From contig CATNEN010000013.1 in NCBI GenBank assembly GCA_950097015.1, forward strand, positions 186,001 to 250,000: DNA of 64,000 nt, written 5' to 3'. The translations under genes and the position numbers were made by a program. Under the pieces are notes generated by a model. It was not told the origin of the DNA and searched no databases. It saw nothing but the letters and a program-made list of their open reading frames with translations. Origin of the DNA: Macrostomum hystrix. Its lineage: Eukaryota; Animalia; Platyhelminthes. Below, in pieces: positions 22,548 to 35,871 of this stretch. Position 1 is the first letter of the stretch. Each line of letters starts with the position of its first letter.

Positions 22548-23252
22548 GATGGGGAAGACAGTGTATTGGGAATACAGTGTATGGGGAAGACAATGAATGG
22601 GGAAGACAGTGTATTGGGAATACAGTGTATGGGGAAGACAATGTATTGGGAAGGGAGTGTATGGGGAAGACAGTGTATGGGGAAGACAATGTATTGGGAA
22701 GGGAGTGTATGGGGAAGACAGTGTATGGGGAAGACAGTGTATGGGGAATACAGTGTATGGGGAAGACAGTGTATGGGTAAAACAGTGTATGGGGAAGACA
22801 GTGTATTGGGAATACAGTGTATGGGGAAGACAGTGTATGGGGAAGACAGTGTATGGGTAAGACAGTGTATGGGTAAGACAGTGTATGGGTAAGACAGTTT
22901 ATGGGGAAGACAGTGTATGGGGAAGACAGTGTATGGGGAAGACAGTTTATGGGTAAGACAGTGTATGGGGAAGACAGTGTATTGGGAATACAGTGTATGG
23001 GGAAGACAGCGTATGGGGAAGACAGTTTATGGGGAAGACAGTGTATGGGGAAGACAGTGTATGGGGAATACAGTGTATGGGGAAGACAGTGTATGGGGAA
23101 GACAGTGGATGGGGAAGACAGTGGATGGGGAAGACAGTGTATGGGGAAGACAGTGTATGGGGAAGACAGTGGATGGGGAAGACAGTGGATGGGGAAGACA
23201 GTGTATGGGGAAGACAGTGTATGGGGAAGACAGTGTATGGGGAAGACAGTGG
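22548..23252. repeat. 16-bp minisatellite
   Basis: Unit GGGGAAGACAGTGTAT, about 44 copies. Confidence 0.96.
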
Positions 23253-23734
23253 ATCGGAAAGGGAATGAGAGATGTACTATCGTATGCTGTTAGAAAATAT
23301 TTCTGTAAGACGTCAGTCGCAGTCTTAACTCCTCAGCGCTCCTTAGCATTGTGGATAAGTCCTCCATATTTCATGAATCAAACTTCTGTCTGATAAAAAA
23401 CTTCGCCATCGCAACAAATTTAGATAAGCGATTGCTGAGAATAATCTTCTTGAATAATCGATTCTCGAACACCTTCGAAAGATGCATCAATAATTGATTG
23501 CACCAGCTGTGATTTCTATTTGGAAATATTTCAGATAGCGCTGAGATTGGCCCTCACAGTCCACAAACATCTGAGTGTGCTCTAGCATTTGTGCTTAAAA
23601 TTACTTCAAACGGTCCAGCTAAATTTAGTGCTGATATCCGTGCTGTATGCTACCCGAGACATCGGGGGTTCGAATCTTAGTTCGAGTCTCAAATCTCAGA
23701 CATTTCGATGCGCCCCACAATAGTCATCGGCTAA

Positions 23735-24040
23735 ATCCTCAGCTCTGACACCATCCTCAGCTCTGACACCATCCTCAGCTCTGACACCATCCTCAGCTCT
23801 GACACCATCCTCAGCTCTGACACCCTCTTCAGCTCTGACACCATCCTCAGCTCTGACACCATCTTCAGCTCTGACACCAGTTCTGACAACATTATCAGCT
23901 CTGACACCATCCTCAGCTCTGACACCATCCTCAGCTCTGACACCATCCTCAGCACTGACACCAGTTCTGACACCATCCTCAGCTCTGACACCAGTTCTGA
24001 CACCATCCTCAGCTCTGACACCAGTTCTGACACCATTATC
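23735..24040. repeat. 18-bp minisatellite
   Basis: Unit ATCCTCAGCTCTGACACC with a CAGTTCTGACAC variant. Confidence 0.93.
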
Positions 24041-24688
24041 AGCGACGGCATCAGTGCTGACAGCTGCACTTTTTGTCATTGATTCGGTTCTGAGTTGTAG
24101 GGCAAGTGGTGTGCTCAATACAAAAATAGGTTAGCTCCATTGCACCAGACTCAAAGAGTTTTTCATGCCGGGAGATGGCAAGTCAGCTGGGAGTCTGTGG
24201 AAACTGTAGCTAGCTCATTACCGAGCCGGGGCCAGAAACTTGCAGAGATGCGCAAGAAGACTGCCGGAGCCTTTTTCGAGTGTCCGGAGCACCTTCCTCA
24301 CAGGAGCACCCACCCCGAACCATACTCCACAATATCTCTCCCCTCGTCTCTCTTCCCGAGTGCGGAGAGCGCGCTTCGTTAAAGCCTGTACTGCGAATTG
24401 CTGCCGCATATCCTACTATGGGAACTATGGGCATCGGCGAATTGGGAGCGAGCTTCCAACTGTTACTATTTGGATTGGGAAAACTTGAAATTATTTCTAT
24501 ACACAGAGAGACTAAGGATAGCTAAACCCAGTCGTCAAAGAGTCACTCATTGGCTGCTTCGAGACTGAAGAAATTAAATTGCTTTCATAGAAAACAATTC
24601 TGCTAGATAAAGCCGCTGAGAAGAAAAAGGCAGATTCAGAAATTTCCAGAGCTAGCTAGATAGATAACCAGGTGAGGCCAATTGAGAA

Positions 24689-24727
24689 ATGTCTCTTGAA
24701 CAGCAGCAGCCGCACCTGTGGACTCGT

Positions 24728-24781
<54 letters not shown>

Positions 24782-25038
24782 CTACCGCCGCCGATTATGC
24801 TTAACAATTGTGGCCTCTGTGAAAGGTGCCAGTGTTGCATCTATGGCAGTGGCGGCGGAGGCGGAGGCGGAGGCGGCGGCGGCAGCGGTGCCAGTCGGCA
24901 TTTCTCGCACAGCGACGCCGAGGTTTGGCGCAAACGGCGCAACCTGCTGCGAATCTCTAAGTCCGACTGCTCAACCGCGCAACAGACCGGTGTTGCTAGG
25001 GGCTACCGTTATTGCCCAGCTAAAAGCTTCAGCTCCGC
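24689..25038 (+). CDS. PDE4: PDE4 alternative first exon B (polyQ, Cys cluster, polyG)
   Basis: ATG at 24689, open for 116 codons plus 2 nt, consensus donor GC|GTGAGT, phase 2. Confidence 0.72.
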
Positions 25039-25126
25039 GTGAGTAGCTACGAATTGGTGTGCAGCAGCCAGGTGAATTCTCGGCCGTTTGTCAGGTTTCT
25101 TATAAAATCCGGCTGCTATCGATTCT

Positions 25127-28100
25127 TTCGATTGGAAAACTACCCCCCTCACTTCTTTTGATTGGAAAACTACCCCCCTCACTTCTTTTGATTGGAAAAC
25201 TACCCCCCTCACTTCTTTTGATTGGAAAACTACCCCCCTCACTTCTTTTGATTGGAAAACTACCCGTCACTTCTTTTGATTGGAAAACTACCCCCCTCAC
25301 TTCTTTTGATTGGAAAACTACCCGTCACTTCTTTTGATTGGAAAACTACCCCCCTCACTTCTTTTGATTGGAAAACTACCCCCCTCACTTCTTTTGATTG
25401 GAAAACTACCCGTCACTTCTTTTGATTGGAAAACTACCCCCCTCACTTCTTTTGATTGGAAAACTACCCCCCTCACTTCTTTTGATTGGAAAACTACCAC
25501 TCAGTTCTTTTTATTAGAAAACTACCCCTCGGTTCCTTCGATTGGAAAACTGCTCTTGAGTTCTTTTTATTAGAAAACTACCCCTCGGTTCCTTCGATTA
25601 GAAAACTGCCCTCAGTTCCTTCGATTGGAAAACTACCCCTTAGTTCCTTCGATTGGAAAACTACCCTCAGTTCCTTCGATTGGAAAACTACCCCTCAGTT
25701 CTTTTGATTGGAAAACTACCCGTCACTTCTTTTGATTGGAAAACTACCCCTCACTTCTTTTGATTGGAAAACTACCACTCAGTTCTTTTTATTAGAAAAC
25801 TACCCCTCGGTTCCTTCGATTGGAAAACTGCTCTTGAGTTCTTTTTATTAGAAAACTACCCCTCGGTTCCTTCGATTAGAAAACTGCCCTCAGTTCCTTC
25901 GATTGGAAAACTACCCCTTAGTTCCTTCGATTGGAAAACTACCCTCAGTTCCTTCGATTGGAAAACTACCCCTCAGTTCTTTTGATTGGAAAACTACCCG
26001 TCACTTCTTTTGATTGGAAAACTACCCCTCACTTCTTTTGATTGGAAAACTACCACTCAGTTCTTTTTATTAGAAAACTACCCCTCGGTTCCTTCGATTG
26101 GAAAACTGCTCTTGAGTTCTTTTTATTAGAAAACTACCCCTCGGTTCCTTCGATTAGAAAACTGCCCTCAGTTCCTTCGATTGGAAAACTACCCCGTAGT
26201 TCCTTCGATTGGAAAACTACCCTCAGTTCCTTCGATTGGAAAACTACCCCTCAGTTCTTTTGATTGGGTAACTGCTCTTGAGTTCTTTTTATTAGAAAAC
26301 TACCCCTTAGTTCCTTCAATTGGAAAACTACCCTCAGTTCCTTCAATTGGAAAACTACCCCTCAGTTCCTTCGATTGGAAAACTACCCCTCAGTTCCTTC
26401 GATTGGAAAACTACCCCTCAGTTCCTTCGATTGGAAAACTACCCCTTAGTTCCTTCGATTGGAAAACTACCCTCAGTTCCTTCGATTGGAAAACTACCCC
26501 TCAGTTCTTTTGATTGGGTAACTGCTCTTGAGTTCCTTTTATTAGAAAACTACCCCTTAGTTCCTTCAATTGGAAAACTACCCTCAGTTCCTTCAATTGG
26601 AAAACTACCCCTCAGTTCCTTCGATTGGAAAACTACCCCTCAGTTCTTTTTATTAGAAAACTACCCCTCGGTTCCTTCGATTGGAAAACTGCTCTTGAGT
26701 TCTTTTTATTAGAAAACTACCCCTCGGTTCCTTCGATTAGAAAACTGCCCTCAGTTCCTTCGATTGGAAAACTACCCCTTAGTTCCTTCGATTGGAAAAC
26801 TACCCTCAGTTCCTTCGATTGGAAAACTACCCCTCAGTTCTTTTGATTGGGTAACTGCTCTTGAGTTCTTTTTATTAGAAAACTACCCCTCAGTTCCTTC
26901 GATTGGAAAACTACCCTCAGTTCCTTCAATTGGAAAACTACCCCTCAGTTCCTTCGATTGGAAAACTACCCCTCAGTTCCTTCGATTGGAAAACTACCCC
27001 TTAGTTCCTTCGATTGGAAAACTACCCCTTAGTTCCTTCGATTGGAAAACTACCCTCAGTTCCTTCGATTGGAAAACTACCCCTCAGTTCTTTTGATTGG
27101 GTAACTGCTCTTGAGTTCTTTTTATTAGAAAACTACCCCTTAGTTCCTTCAATTGGAAAACTACCCTCAGTTCCTTCAATTGGAAAACTACCCCTCAGTT
27201 CTTTTTATTAGAAAACTACCCCTCGGTTCCTTCGATTGGAAAACTGCTCTTGAGTTCTTTTTATTAGAAAACTACCCCTCGGTTCCTTCGATTAGAAAAC
27301 TGCCCTCAGTTCCTTCGATTGGAAAACTACCCCGTAGTTCCTTCGATTGGAAAACTACCCTCAGTTCCTTCGATTGGAAAACTACCCCTCAGTTCTTTTG
27401 ATTGGGTAACTGCTCTTGAGTTCTTTTTATTAGAAAACTACCCCTTAGTTCCTTCAATTGGAAAACTACCCTCAGTTCCTTCAATTGGAAAACTACCCCT
27501 CAGTTCCTTCGATTGGAAAACTACCCCTCAGTTCCTTCGATTGGAAAACTACCCCTCAGTTCCTTCGATTGGAAAACTACCCCTTAGTTCCTTCGATTGG
27601 AAAACTACCCTCAGTTCCTTCGATTGGAAAACTACCCCTCAGTTCTTTTGATTGGGTAACTGCTCTTGAGTTCCTTTTATTAGAAAACTACCCCTTAGTT
27701 CCTTCAATTGGAAAACTACCCTCAGTTCCTTCAATTGGAAAACTACCCCTCAGTTCCTTCGATTGGAAAACTACCCCTCAGTTCTTTTTATTAGAAAACT
27801 ACCCCTCGGTTCCTTCGATTGGAAAACTGCTCTTGAGTTCTTTTTATTAGAAAACTACCCCTCGGTTCCTTCGATTAGAAAACTGCCCTCAGTTCCTTCG
27901 ATTGGAAAACTACCCCTTAGTTCCTTCGATTGGAAAACTACCCTCAGTTCCTTCGATTGGAAAACTACCCCTCAGTTCTTTTGATTGGGTAACTGCTCTT
28001 GAGTTCTTTTTATTAGAAAACTACCCCTCAGTTCCTTCGATTGGAAAACTACCCTCAGTTCCTTCAATTGGAAAACTACCCCTCAGTTCCTTCGATTGGA

Positions 28101-29860
28101 AAACTACCCCTCAGTTCCTTCGATTGGAAAACTACCCCTTAGTTCCTTCGATTGGAAAACTACCCCTTAGTTCCTTCGATTGGAAAACTACCCTCAGTTC
28201 CTTCGATTGGAAAACTACCCCTCAGTTCTTTTGATTGGGTAACTGCTCTTGAGTTCTTTTTATTAGAAAACTACCCCTTAGTTCCTTCAATTGGAAAACT
28301 ACCCTCAGTTCCTTCAATTGGAAAACTACCCCTCAGTTCTTTTTATTAGAAAACTACCCCTCGGTTCCTTCGATTGGAAAACTGCTCTTGAGTTCTTTTT
28401 ATTAGAAAACTACCCCTCGGTTCCTTCGATTAGAAAACTGCCCTCAGTTCCTTCGATTGGAAAACTACCCCGTAGTTCCTTCGATTGGAAAACTACCCTC
28501 AGTTCCTTCGATTGGAAAACTACCCCTCAGTTCTTTTGATTGGGTAACTGCTCTTGAGTTCTTTTTATTAGAAAACTACCCCTTAGTTCCTTCAATTGGA
28601 AAACTACCCTCAGTTCCTTCAATTGGAAAACTACCCCTCAGTTCCTTCGATTGGAAAACTACCCCTCAGTTCCTTCGATTGGAAAACTACCCCTTAGTTC
28701 CTTCGATTGGAAAACTACCCCTTAGTTCCTTCGATTGGAAAACTACCCTCAGTTCCTTCGATTGGAAAACTACCCCTCAGTTCTTTTGATTGGGTAACTG
28801 CTCTTGAGTTCTTTTTATTAGAAAACTACCCCTTAGTTCCTTCAATTGGAAAACTACCCTCAGTTCCTTCAATTGGAAAACTACCCCTCAGTTCCTTCGA
28901 TTGGAAAACTACCCCTCAGTTCTTTTTATTAGAAAACTACCCCTCGGTTCCTTCGATTGGAAAACTGCTCTTGAGTTCCTTTTATTAGAAAACTACCCCT
29001 CGGTTCCTTCGATTAGAAAACTGCCCTCAGTTCCTTCGTTTCGAAAACTACCCCTTAGTTCCTTCGATTGGAAAACTACCCTCAGTTCCTTCGATTGGAA
29101 AACTACCCCTCAGTTCTTTTGATTGGGTAACTGCTCTTGAGTTCTTTTTATTAGAAAACTACCCCTTAGTTCCTTCGATTGGAAAACTACCCTCAGTTCC
29201 TTCGATTGGAAAACTACCCCTCAGTTCTTTTGATTGGGTAACTGCTCTTGAGTTCTTTTTATTAGAAAACTACCCCTTAGTTCCTTCAATTGGAAAACTA
29301 CCCCTCAGTTCCTTCGATTGGAAAACTACCCCTCAGTTCTTTTTATTAGAAAACTACCCCTCGGTTCCTTCGATTGGAAAACTGCTCTTGAGTTCTTTTT
29401 ATTAGAAAACTACCCCTCAGTTCCTTCGATTGGAAAACTACCCCTCAGTTCCTTCGATTGGAAAACTACCCCTCAGTTCCTTCGATTGGAAAACTACCCC
29501 TTAGTTCCTTCGATTGGAAAACTACCCTCAGTTCCTTCGATTGGAAAACTACCCCTCAGTTCTTTTGATTGGGTAACTGCTCTTGAGTTCTTTTTATTAG
29601 AAAACTACCCCTTAGTTCCTTCGATTGGAAAAATACCCCTCAGTTCCTTCAATTGGAAAACTACCCCTCAGTTCCTTCAATTGGAAAACTACCCCTCAGT
29701 TCCTTCAATTGGAAAACTACCCCTCATTTCCTTCGATTGGAAAACTACCCCTCAGTTCCTTCGATTCGAAAACTACCCCTCGGTTTATTAGAAAGCTACC
29801 CGTCACTTCTTTTGATCGGAAAACTACCCCTCAGTTCGATCGATTCGAAAACTGCCCCTT
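25127..29860. repeat. 4.7-kb satellite array, 27-30-bp monomer with higher-order periods of 278 and 1138 bp
   Basis: Monomer TTGGAAAACTACCCCTCAGTTCCTTCGA; matching off-frame ORFs recur at 25486/25764/26042 and at 26181/27319/28457. Confidence 0.96.
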
Positions 29861-31138
29861 TATCATTTTTTGCAAGCATCACGAAAGCACTACTATGAGT
29901 AACAAGTAGGGTGTTTTTTCATAAATATAGTTATAGCTCCGATCATTAAAAAATAATTGGATGTGTTTCATTTTAAGGGAGAGAAAAATCCTTTTGAACT
30001 CAGTCATATGCCTTAATAGTATCGACAGCATTGCATTAGTAAGCTCAGTTCCTCCAAGCTCTCATTGTGGGTATTTTCATTGAACAAGTTGAAAAAGTTT
30101 CCCAAGTTAATTAACTAGCCAACTTGACAAAAAGGCTAATTTCATAGTCCACAATACAGGGAGTGGAGAAGCCAATTTTCAACAGGTACTTGTTGGCTTA
30201 TAACACCTGTCCCACTGTTTTCAAAAGCCTTACATCGATCTTTCATCAAACTGACCACTTTTCTTACTGCCTTTGTTTCTTCTGTACCCAACGCAGCCAT
30301 TGCACTCTCATCTGTTTTGCGCCAGTTTTTTGTTGCTATGGGTTTTGTTTCATAAAAGTACATTCGGCATCAAGAATACGGCAAAAAGACAGCCCGGAAG
30401 TCAAGCAAAGCCAAAGTGGTTTGGACCTGTGTACCATTGGAGTGGTCGTGGGCAGTATGTCAGGTAAAAATACGTAATATTTTCCATCAACTATCATTGC
30501 TTTGTGCCATGCCTCTACAGATCGAACACTCAATCTTCTAGCTGCCGTTCCATCCCCTACCCAATAATATCCCAGTCCTAACAATCCTTATTTTAGTCTG
30601 CTTTTTTTTCATTCGGTGTGTCCGTCCCTCACGAGCACAGACAGCTCAGCGATAATTGATGAGACCGGCAACTCACTGCGGTCTCCTAGGAGTCCTCTGT
30701 TGATTATCCTTCTCTTCTTGCCGGCTTTACTTCAAAGATAGTAGAGAGGCTACTGGGAAGAAAATGTACTTGTGTTAAAGACACTCGATCCGTGCAGCCA
30801 CTACCCCTTAAACAGGTCTCCGCCCAAAAACTCTCAACCGATCGAACCACTAGGCGTGCATGCCGTGCACTTCTAACGCGGGAGGCTGTCTGGACTTTTC
30901 TTTGTCTCTTGAAGTCCGCAATGAAAACAATAGTTGACGAAAAAACATGCTCAAACAAAATTTGAATGTTTTAGCATGTAAAACATGTTTAGCATGTTTA
31001 GTCTCAAATGGAGTACGGTTGAGACTAAATTATCAAACACCGGTTGAGACTAAAGGATAATCACAAGTTAATGCTAAATTATGAAACACCAGTTGAGGCT
31101 TGAATGATCAAAAGGTAGGGAAAGCATAAAAAATATAG

Positions 31139-31700
31139 ACTGTAGGGATTGCTGTAAGGATTGCTGTAGGCATTGCTGTAAGGATTGCTGTAGGGATAGC
31201 TGTAGGGATTGCTGTAGGGATTGCTGTAGGTATTGCTGTAGGGATTGCTGTAGGGATTGCTGTTGGGATTGCTGTAGGGATTGCTGTAGGCATTGCTGTA
31301 GGCATTTGTTGGGATTGCTGTAGGGATTGCTGTAGGCATTGCTGTAAGGATTGCTGTAGGGATTGCTGTAGGGATTGCTGTTGGGATTGCTGTAGGTATT
31401 GCTGTAGGCATTCCTGTAGGGATTGCTGTAGGGATTGCTGTAGGGATTGCTGTAGGGATTGCTGTTGGGATTGCTGTAGGCATTGCTGTAGGCATTTGTT
31501 GGGATTGCTGTAGGGATTGCTGTAGGGATTGCTGTTGGGATTGCTGTTGTGATTGCTGTAGGGATTGCTGTTGGGATTGCTGTAAGGATAGCCGTAGGCA
31601 TTGCTGTTGGGATTGCTGTAGGGATTGCTGTTGGGATTGCTGTTGTGATTGCTGTAGGGATTGCTGTAGGGATTGCTGTTGGGATTGCTGTATGCATTCC
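31139..31700. repeat. 12-bp minisatellite
   Basis: Unit GCTGTAGGGATT. Confidence 0.95.
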
Positions 31701-32458
31701 TGTAAGTCAATCTTGATAGTGAAAAAGCCAAGCGCCAGCAACGCAATAAAATTCGACCTGCAAGCTAGCCAGAAGATTTAGGCTCTCGTCCATCACTTAG
31801 CTTTGCAGCCAGGCCAGACATTAAAGCCCGCATCTGGAATTCCTAAATAGAACTACTTTTATTGGCCTAAAATCTTCAAGGACCAGCTGGTTGACTGATC
31901 CAAGTCGAATAGTTTAAGCAGTGCAATGCCGAGTGTTTCGGCTGAGATGGCAGAGCAGTTATGACTGCTCACGAAGCCTCAACCAGGAGCTGCAAAATGT
32001 TTGAATAAAGTTTTTGGTTCGCTTCCACCTTCTCTTCTCCCCCTCCATCCCTGCCCGATCCCGGCTTCCTCCCGCTAGTCCAGAAATTCATCAGAAATAA
32101 GCACGAAACGGCAGCTGCTGAGCCAGGCTGGCTCGGTGGCGCGGAACGAAACACGAATCGGCAGGCTGGGCCCTCCCTCTTACCCGCTTTTCCCATTTTC
32201 TCCCCTCTTTAGCTTTTATTCCCCTTTCCCAGCCTCACCGATTCGCTCGCCAACCGCTCTCAGGCTTGGAGCCGTCATGGCCAATGCCTCCATCGCCAGC
32301 GACTGCGGAGTAGCGAAGTGCAGCGAGAAGCATTTCATAATAGAACAAGAAGCAATCCACCTCACAGCTGGATGCATTTTAGACTCCCGGTTTCTGGGTA
32401 GCCGCAGTCACTATTCTCCCGTCCTCTGCACCGCACAAGAAGCCGCTAATAGTCCGGG

Positions 32459-32580
32459 ATGGCCCGCCTGCAGGTGCCGACTCTGCTGGTTAGTCAGCAG
32501 GAGGAGGAGAGCTTCGGCGATCTCGGCGAATTGCGCAACTTCTCAGCCAGGCACCGCTGCCGAAGGCACACCCTGGCGAT
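32459..32580 (+). CDS. PDE4: PDE4 alternative first exon C
   Basis: In-frame stop just upstream, then ATG; MARLQVPTLLVSQQEEESFGDLGELRNFSARHRCRRHTLA; donor AT|GTGAGT, phase 2. Below the ORF-track cutoff. Confidence 0.72.
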
Positions 32581-32684
32581 GTGAGTGGGGTTGAGGCTTG
32601 AGTTGCCCGGAAGTTACATCTGAATGCTGCGTGGACTGTGGTAACGACACAATCACCCATAATTCTGAGCAGAAGTAATGAGAT

Positions 32685-32950
32685 CTTGCTGAGGCTGTTG
32701 GGCGTTGGACTCTCGACTTGAAGGTCGGGGGTTCGATTCCAGACTTAATTTATGTCCTTTAGCGAGACACTTAACTCTGCATTGCTTTAGTTCACCCAGC
32801 TCTTGAATGGGTACCAAAATTAGCTGGGGTAATTAATGGTGGGTGTGACGTCATCCCATGCAGTCCACCTTCATGTGGCCGAATCGGAACCGGTGTAATC
32901 AATAATTATTCATTATTATTCATATTATCATTATTCATTTATTCATATAA
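32685..32950 (+). mobile_element. SINE family B (CORE-like), near full length
   Basis: tRNA-like head (GGGGGTTCGATTCC), GACACTTAACTCTGCATTGCTTTAGTTCACCCAGCT...AATGGGTACC core, ATT-rich tail. Confidence 0.82.
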
Positions 32951-33696
32951 GGCGGAGATTCATGCTCTTTGAGGAATCCAAGAATCCAAATGCACGAAAA
33001 GTTTCAAGGATTAAGAAGAAACAGAGGAAGAAACAAGAATAAATTAGAAATTAATTGTTTACGTTAGAGACTAGGTGGGCTTAAATAGGATATAGACTGT
33101 TCTTATAGCGACTTCATGAAAAAGTTTGAAAATATTTTGTCGACTATATATTTTCCAAGCCTCACATCACTATCAAAGGTTATGAATGTAGGGTTTCTGA
33201 GGCCTGATTTTTATCAAACGGGGCCACTTTGCTTTGATCCCATAAATCTGAAATATGATGACCAAATAATTTACTATGCGTTCAGGGGGAGACAAGAAGT
33301 TCTAAAACCGATGCTGCCCCCGGATGATGCGGCGTGTAAAAAACGCTTTCTTTCTTGCTACTCGACTGAATAAATAATATTATCATGCTGCTTTGCAGTG
33401 ACTCGGCGACATTTGGCTCCGGCTTCCCTTTTCCCGTCCCCCTCTTCTGCTGATGCGGTGCAAGACACGTGTTTTTCCACTTGGGATAGAGAAAGGTTGA
33501 AGAAAACATTTTTATTAGACGTTGCGTGTCGGAGTGCGAACGGCCTCTTAATTGGCTTCTCAAGCTAGCAGTTCGAATCCAACGTGCTCCCGGGTGACTT
33601 CAAAATGAAACTATTTTTTATAGAGGAAACGCACTCATAGATTAAAGTGACATCTGTTATCAACATATCTGAGTATGTAAGATCCAGTCAGTGCAC

Positions 33697-34668
33697 TTGA
33701 AAAACTATTCAGTTGGTGCACAGCCACCTCACTCCAACTCCTTCCGCTCCACTCTTTCAGTGAACAGCCACCTCACTCCAACTCCTTCCTCTCCACTCTT
33801 TCAGTGAACAGCCACCTCACTCCAACTCCTTTCTCTTCACTCCTTCAATGAACAGCCAGCTCACTCCAACTCCTTTCTCTTCACTCCTTCAATGAACAGC
33901 CAGCTCACTCCAACTCCTTTCTCTTCACTCCTTCAATGAACAGCCACCTCACTCCAACCCCTTTCTCTCCACTCTTTCAATGACCAGCCACCTCACTCCA
34001 ACTGCTTCCTCTCCACTCTTTCAATGAACAGCCACTTCGCTCCAACTGCTTCCTCTCCACTCTTTCAATGAACAGCCACCTCACTCCAACTCCTTCCTCT
34101 CCACTCTTTCAGTGAACAGCCACCTCACTCCAACTCCTTCCTCTCCACTCTTTCAGTGAACAGCCACCTCACTCCAACTCCTTCCTCTCCTCTCTTTCAA
34201 TGAACAGCCACCTCACTCCGACCCCTTACTCCCAGCTCGCTCCAACTCCTTCCTCTCCACTCTTTCAGTGAACAGCCACCTCACTCCAACTCCTTTCTCT
34301 TCACTCCTTCAATGAACAGCCACCTCACTCCAACTGCTTCCTCTCCACTCTTTCAATGAACAGCCACCTCACTCCAACCCCTTTCTCTCCACTCTTTCAA
34401 TGACCAGCCACCTCACTCCAACTGCTTCCTCTCCACTCTTTCAATGACCAGCCACCTCACTCCAACTCCTTTCTCTCCACTCTTTCAGTGAACAGCCACC
34501 TCACTCCAACTCCTTCCTCTCCACTCTTTCAGTGAACAGCCACCTCACTCCAACTCCTTCCTCTCCTCTCTTTCAATGAACAGCCACCTCACTCCAACTC
34601 CTTCCTCTCCTCTCTTTCAATGAACAGCCACCTCACTCCGACCCCTTACTCCCAGCTCGCTCCAACTC
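33697..34668 (+). repeat. 44-bp minisatellite, about 21 copies, with a unique head sequence
   Basis: Unit AACAGCCACCTCACTCCAACTCCTTCCTCTCCACTCTTTCAGTG preceded by TTGAAAAACTATTCAGTTGGTGCAC. Confidence 0.95.
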
Positions 34669-34946
34669 GTCCTTCTCCAGTCCTTCATTACTTTCACTTT
34701 AATCAAACTTCTTTTCAGTCCCTAGGTGATATTCGCCCTATCCCTGTCCTGTTACTTCAGTTAACAAGGATTCGAGTTGGTTCTAGAATTTCAGACCTCA
34801 CAGAAAGTAGGCGACAGTACAGGAAGGGGAGTATGAGTGCTGCACTAAGCCAGAGCTCGCAAGCTGAATTCGATTTAGTCGGATGTTGATCTCTTCCTAA
34901 GCAATTTCTGGAGAGGAAGCGAGAAAATAGTGTGTGCGAACTACAG

Positions 34947-34981
34947 CCAATCAGGGCCTGGCTTGTCCGTGTCGCTATATA
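34947..34981 (+). promoter_or_regulatory. Candidate CCAAT plus TATA promoter upstream of exon D
   Basis: CCAAT at 34947 and TATATA at 34976; motif match only. Confidence 0.35.
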
Positions 34982-35666
34982 GTTTAGAAGAAACTTGGGA
35001 GCACTTTTTCATTGCCTGTGAGCACTAACAGGATCAGTGTGCGACGTTAGGAGAAGAGGAAGTCGCAAATTTAAAGGAAGTTTTTCCCTCGTCGTCTCAG
35101 CTGCATCTCCTAGAAGAAGCTAGAAGCAGAAAGCTGCGTGTTTGTCTCGAGCGTTGCAATTAGGGGCTTCAACTGGAAACAATCATTGTGTTGAGGAGTT
35201 GAGGACTGCAAAGGGCTTCGTTACTAATATTTATCATTGTCATTTATTATCTATTTCCATCGCAAAATAATAATTTGTTATAATTTTTCGCGAACACTCG
35301 CGCCTGAAATCACTCGCTCTATAGAAAAGCATCCTTCCAATAACAATCGGAAATTTTCAGGCCTGCCTGGGTATTTGAATATTCTCTGGCACGCTTCGCT
35401 GAGCCCTATTAGCGCCCACAGGACAGGTGGGAGGCAGGCTTTCCTCTTTGCTGCTTAAGAACTCGCTTCGATGAAGAATTTAACTGGGTTGGGTCCGGCC
35501 ATTGGTTTGTGATTGAGAAAAAAACACAATTGGTGGGATCAGCCAGGCGCAAGTGAGAGAGCAATGCTGCTGCTGCTGCTGCTGTTGCTTCGGGGAATAA
35601 ATAGGCCCCAGGTGAGCCAGTTCGATTCCCCAGATCTGCCGATCTGACCCGAGCGCTTTGAAGAAA

Positions 35667-35800
35667 ATGCAAGCAAAAAACAAGCGCGTCTCCATAGACT
35701 GCAGCATAGCAACGCATCGAGAGATTCGAGGGTGTGCCAGCAGCAGCAGCGGCAGCGGCGGCAAGCTGCTAGCCAGACTGAGCCGCAGATCCCTGCCAAA
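35667..35800 (+). CDS. PDE4: PDE4 alternative first exon D
   Basis: MQAKNKRVSIDCSIATHREIRGCASSSSGSGGKLLARLSRRSLP; donor AA|GTGAGT, phase 2. Below the ORF-track cutoff. Confidence 0.68.
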
Positions 35801-35871
35801 GTGAGTCTCTCTATTGAAAGCTAATTACAGAGGATTATATTTCTTCAGTTGTGTTACAATCGATTCGGGGG

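Noticed and set aside
16318-23393. Repeat ORFs at 16.3-17.1, 18.8-20.1 and 22.5-23.4 kb; same class at 31.1-31.7, 39.5-40.0 and 47.9-48.2 kb
   Set aside because: They coincide with minisatellites, lack non-repeat coding flanks, and many units carry in-frame stops.
15540-23690. tRNA-like segments at about 15540, 15790, 17670, 21200 and 23650
   Set aside because: B-box matches without complete cloverleaf stems; they continue into SINE bodies or are eroded heads, so they were not called tRNA genes.
25059-29909. Dozens of MENYP... ORFs
   Set aside because: Satellite translations; useful only to reveal the higher-order periods.
30142-30958. Several 64-104-aa ORFs, possibly transposon debris
   Set aside because: No transposase, RT or integrase motif recognised.
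32136-32594. 152-aa ORF overlapping exon C
   Set aside because: Its frame meets the GTGAGT donor in phase 1, incompatible with UCR1; the alternative frame from the ATG at 32459 fits.
33116-33373. 85-aa ORF with protein-like composition
   Set aside because: No motif or splice context recognised; needs a database search.
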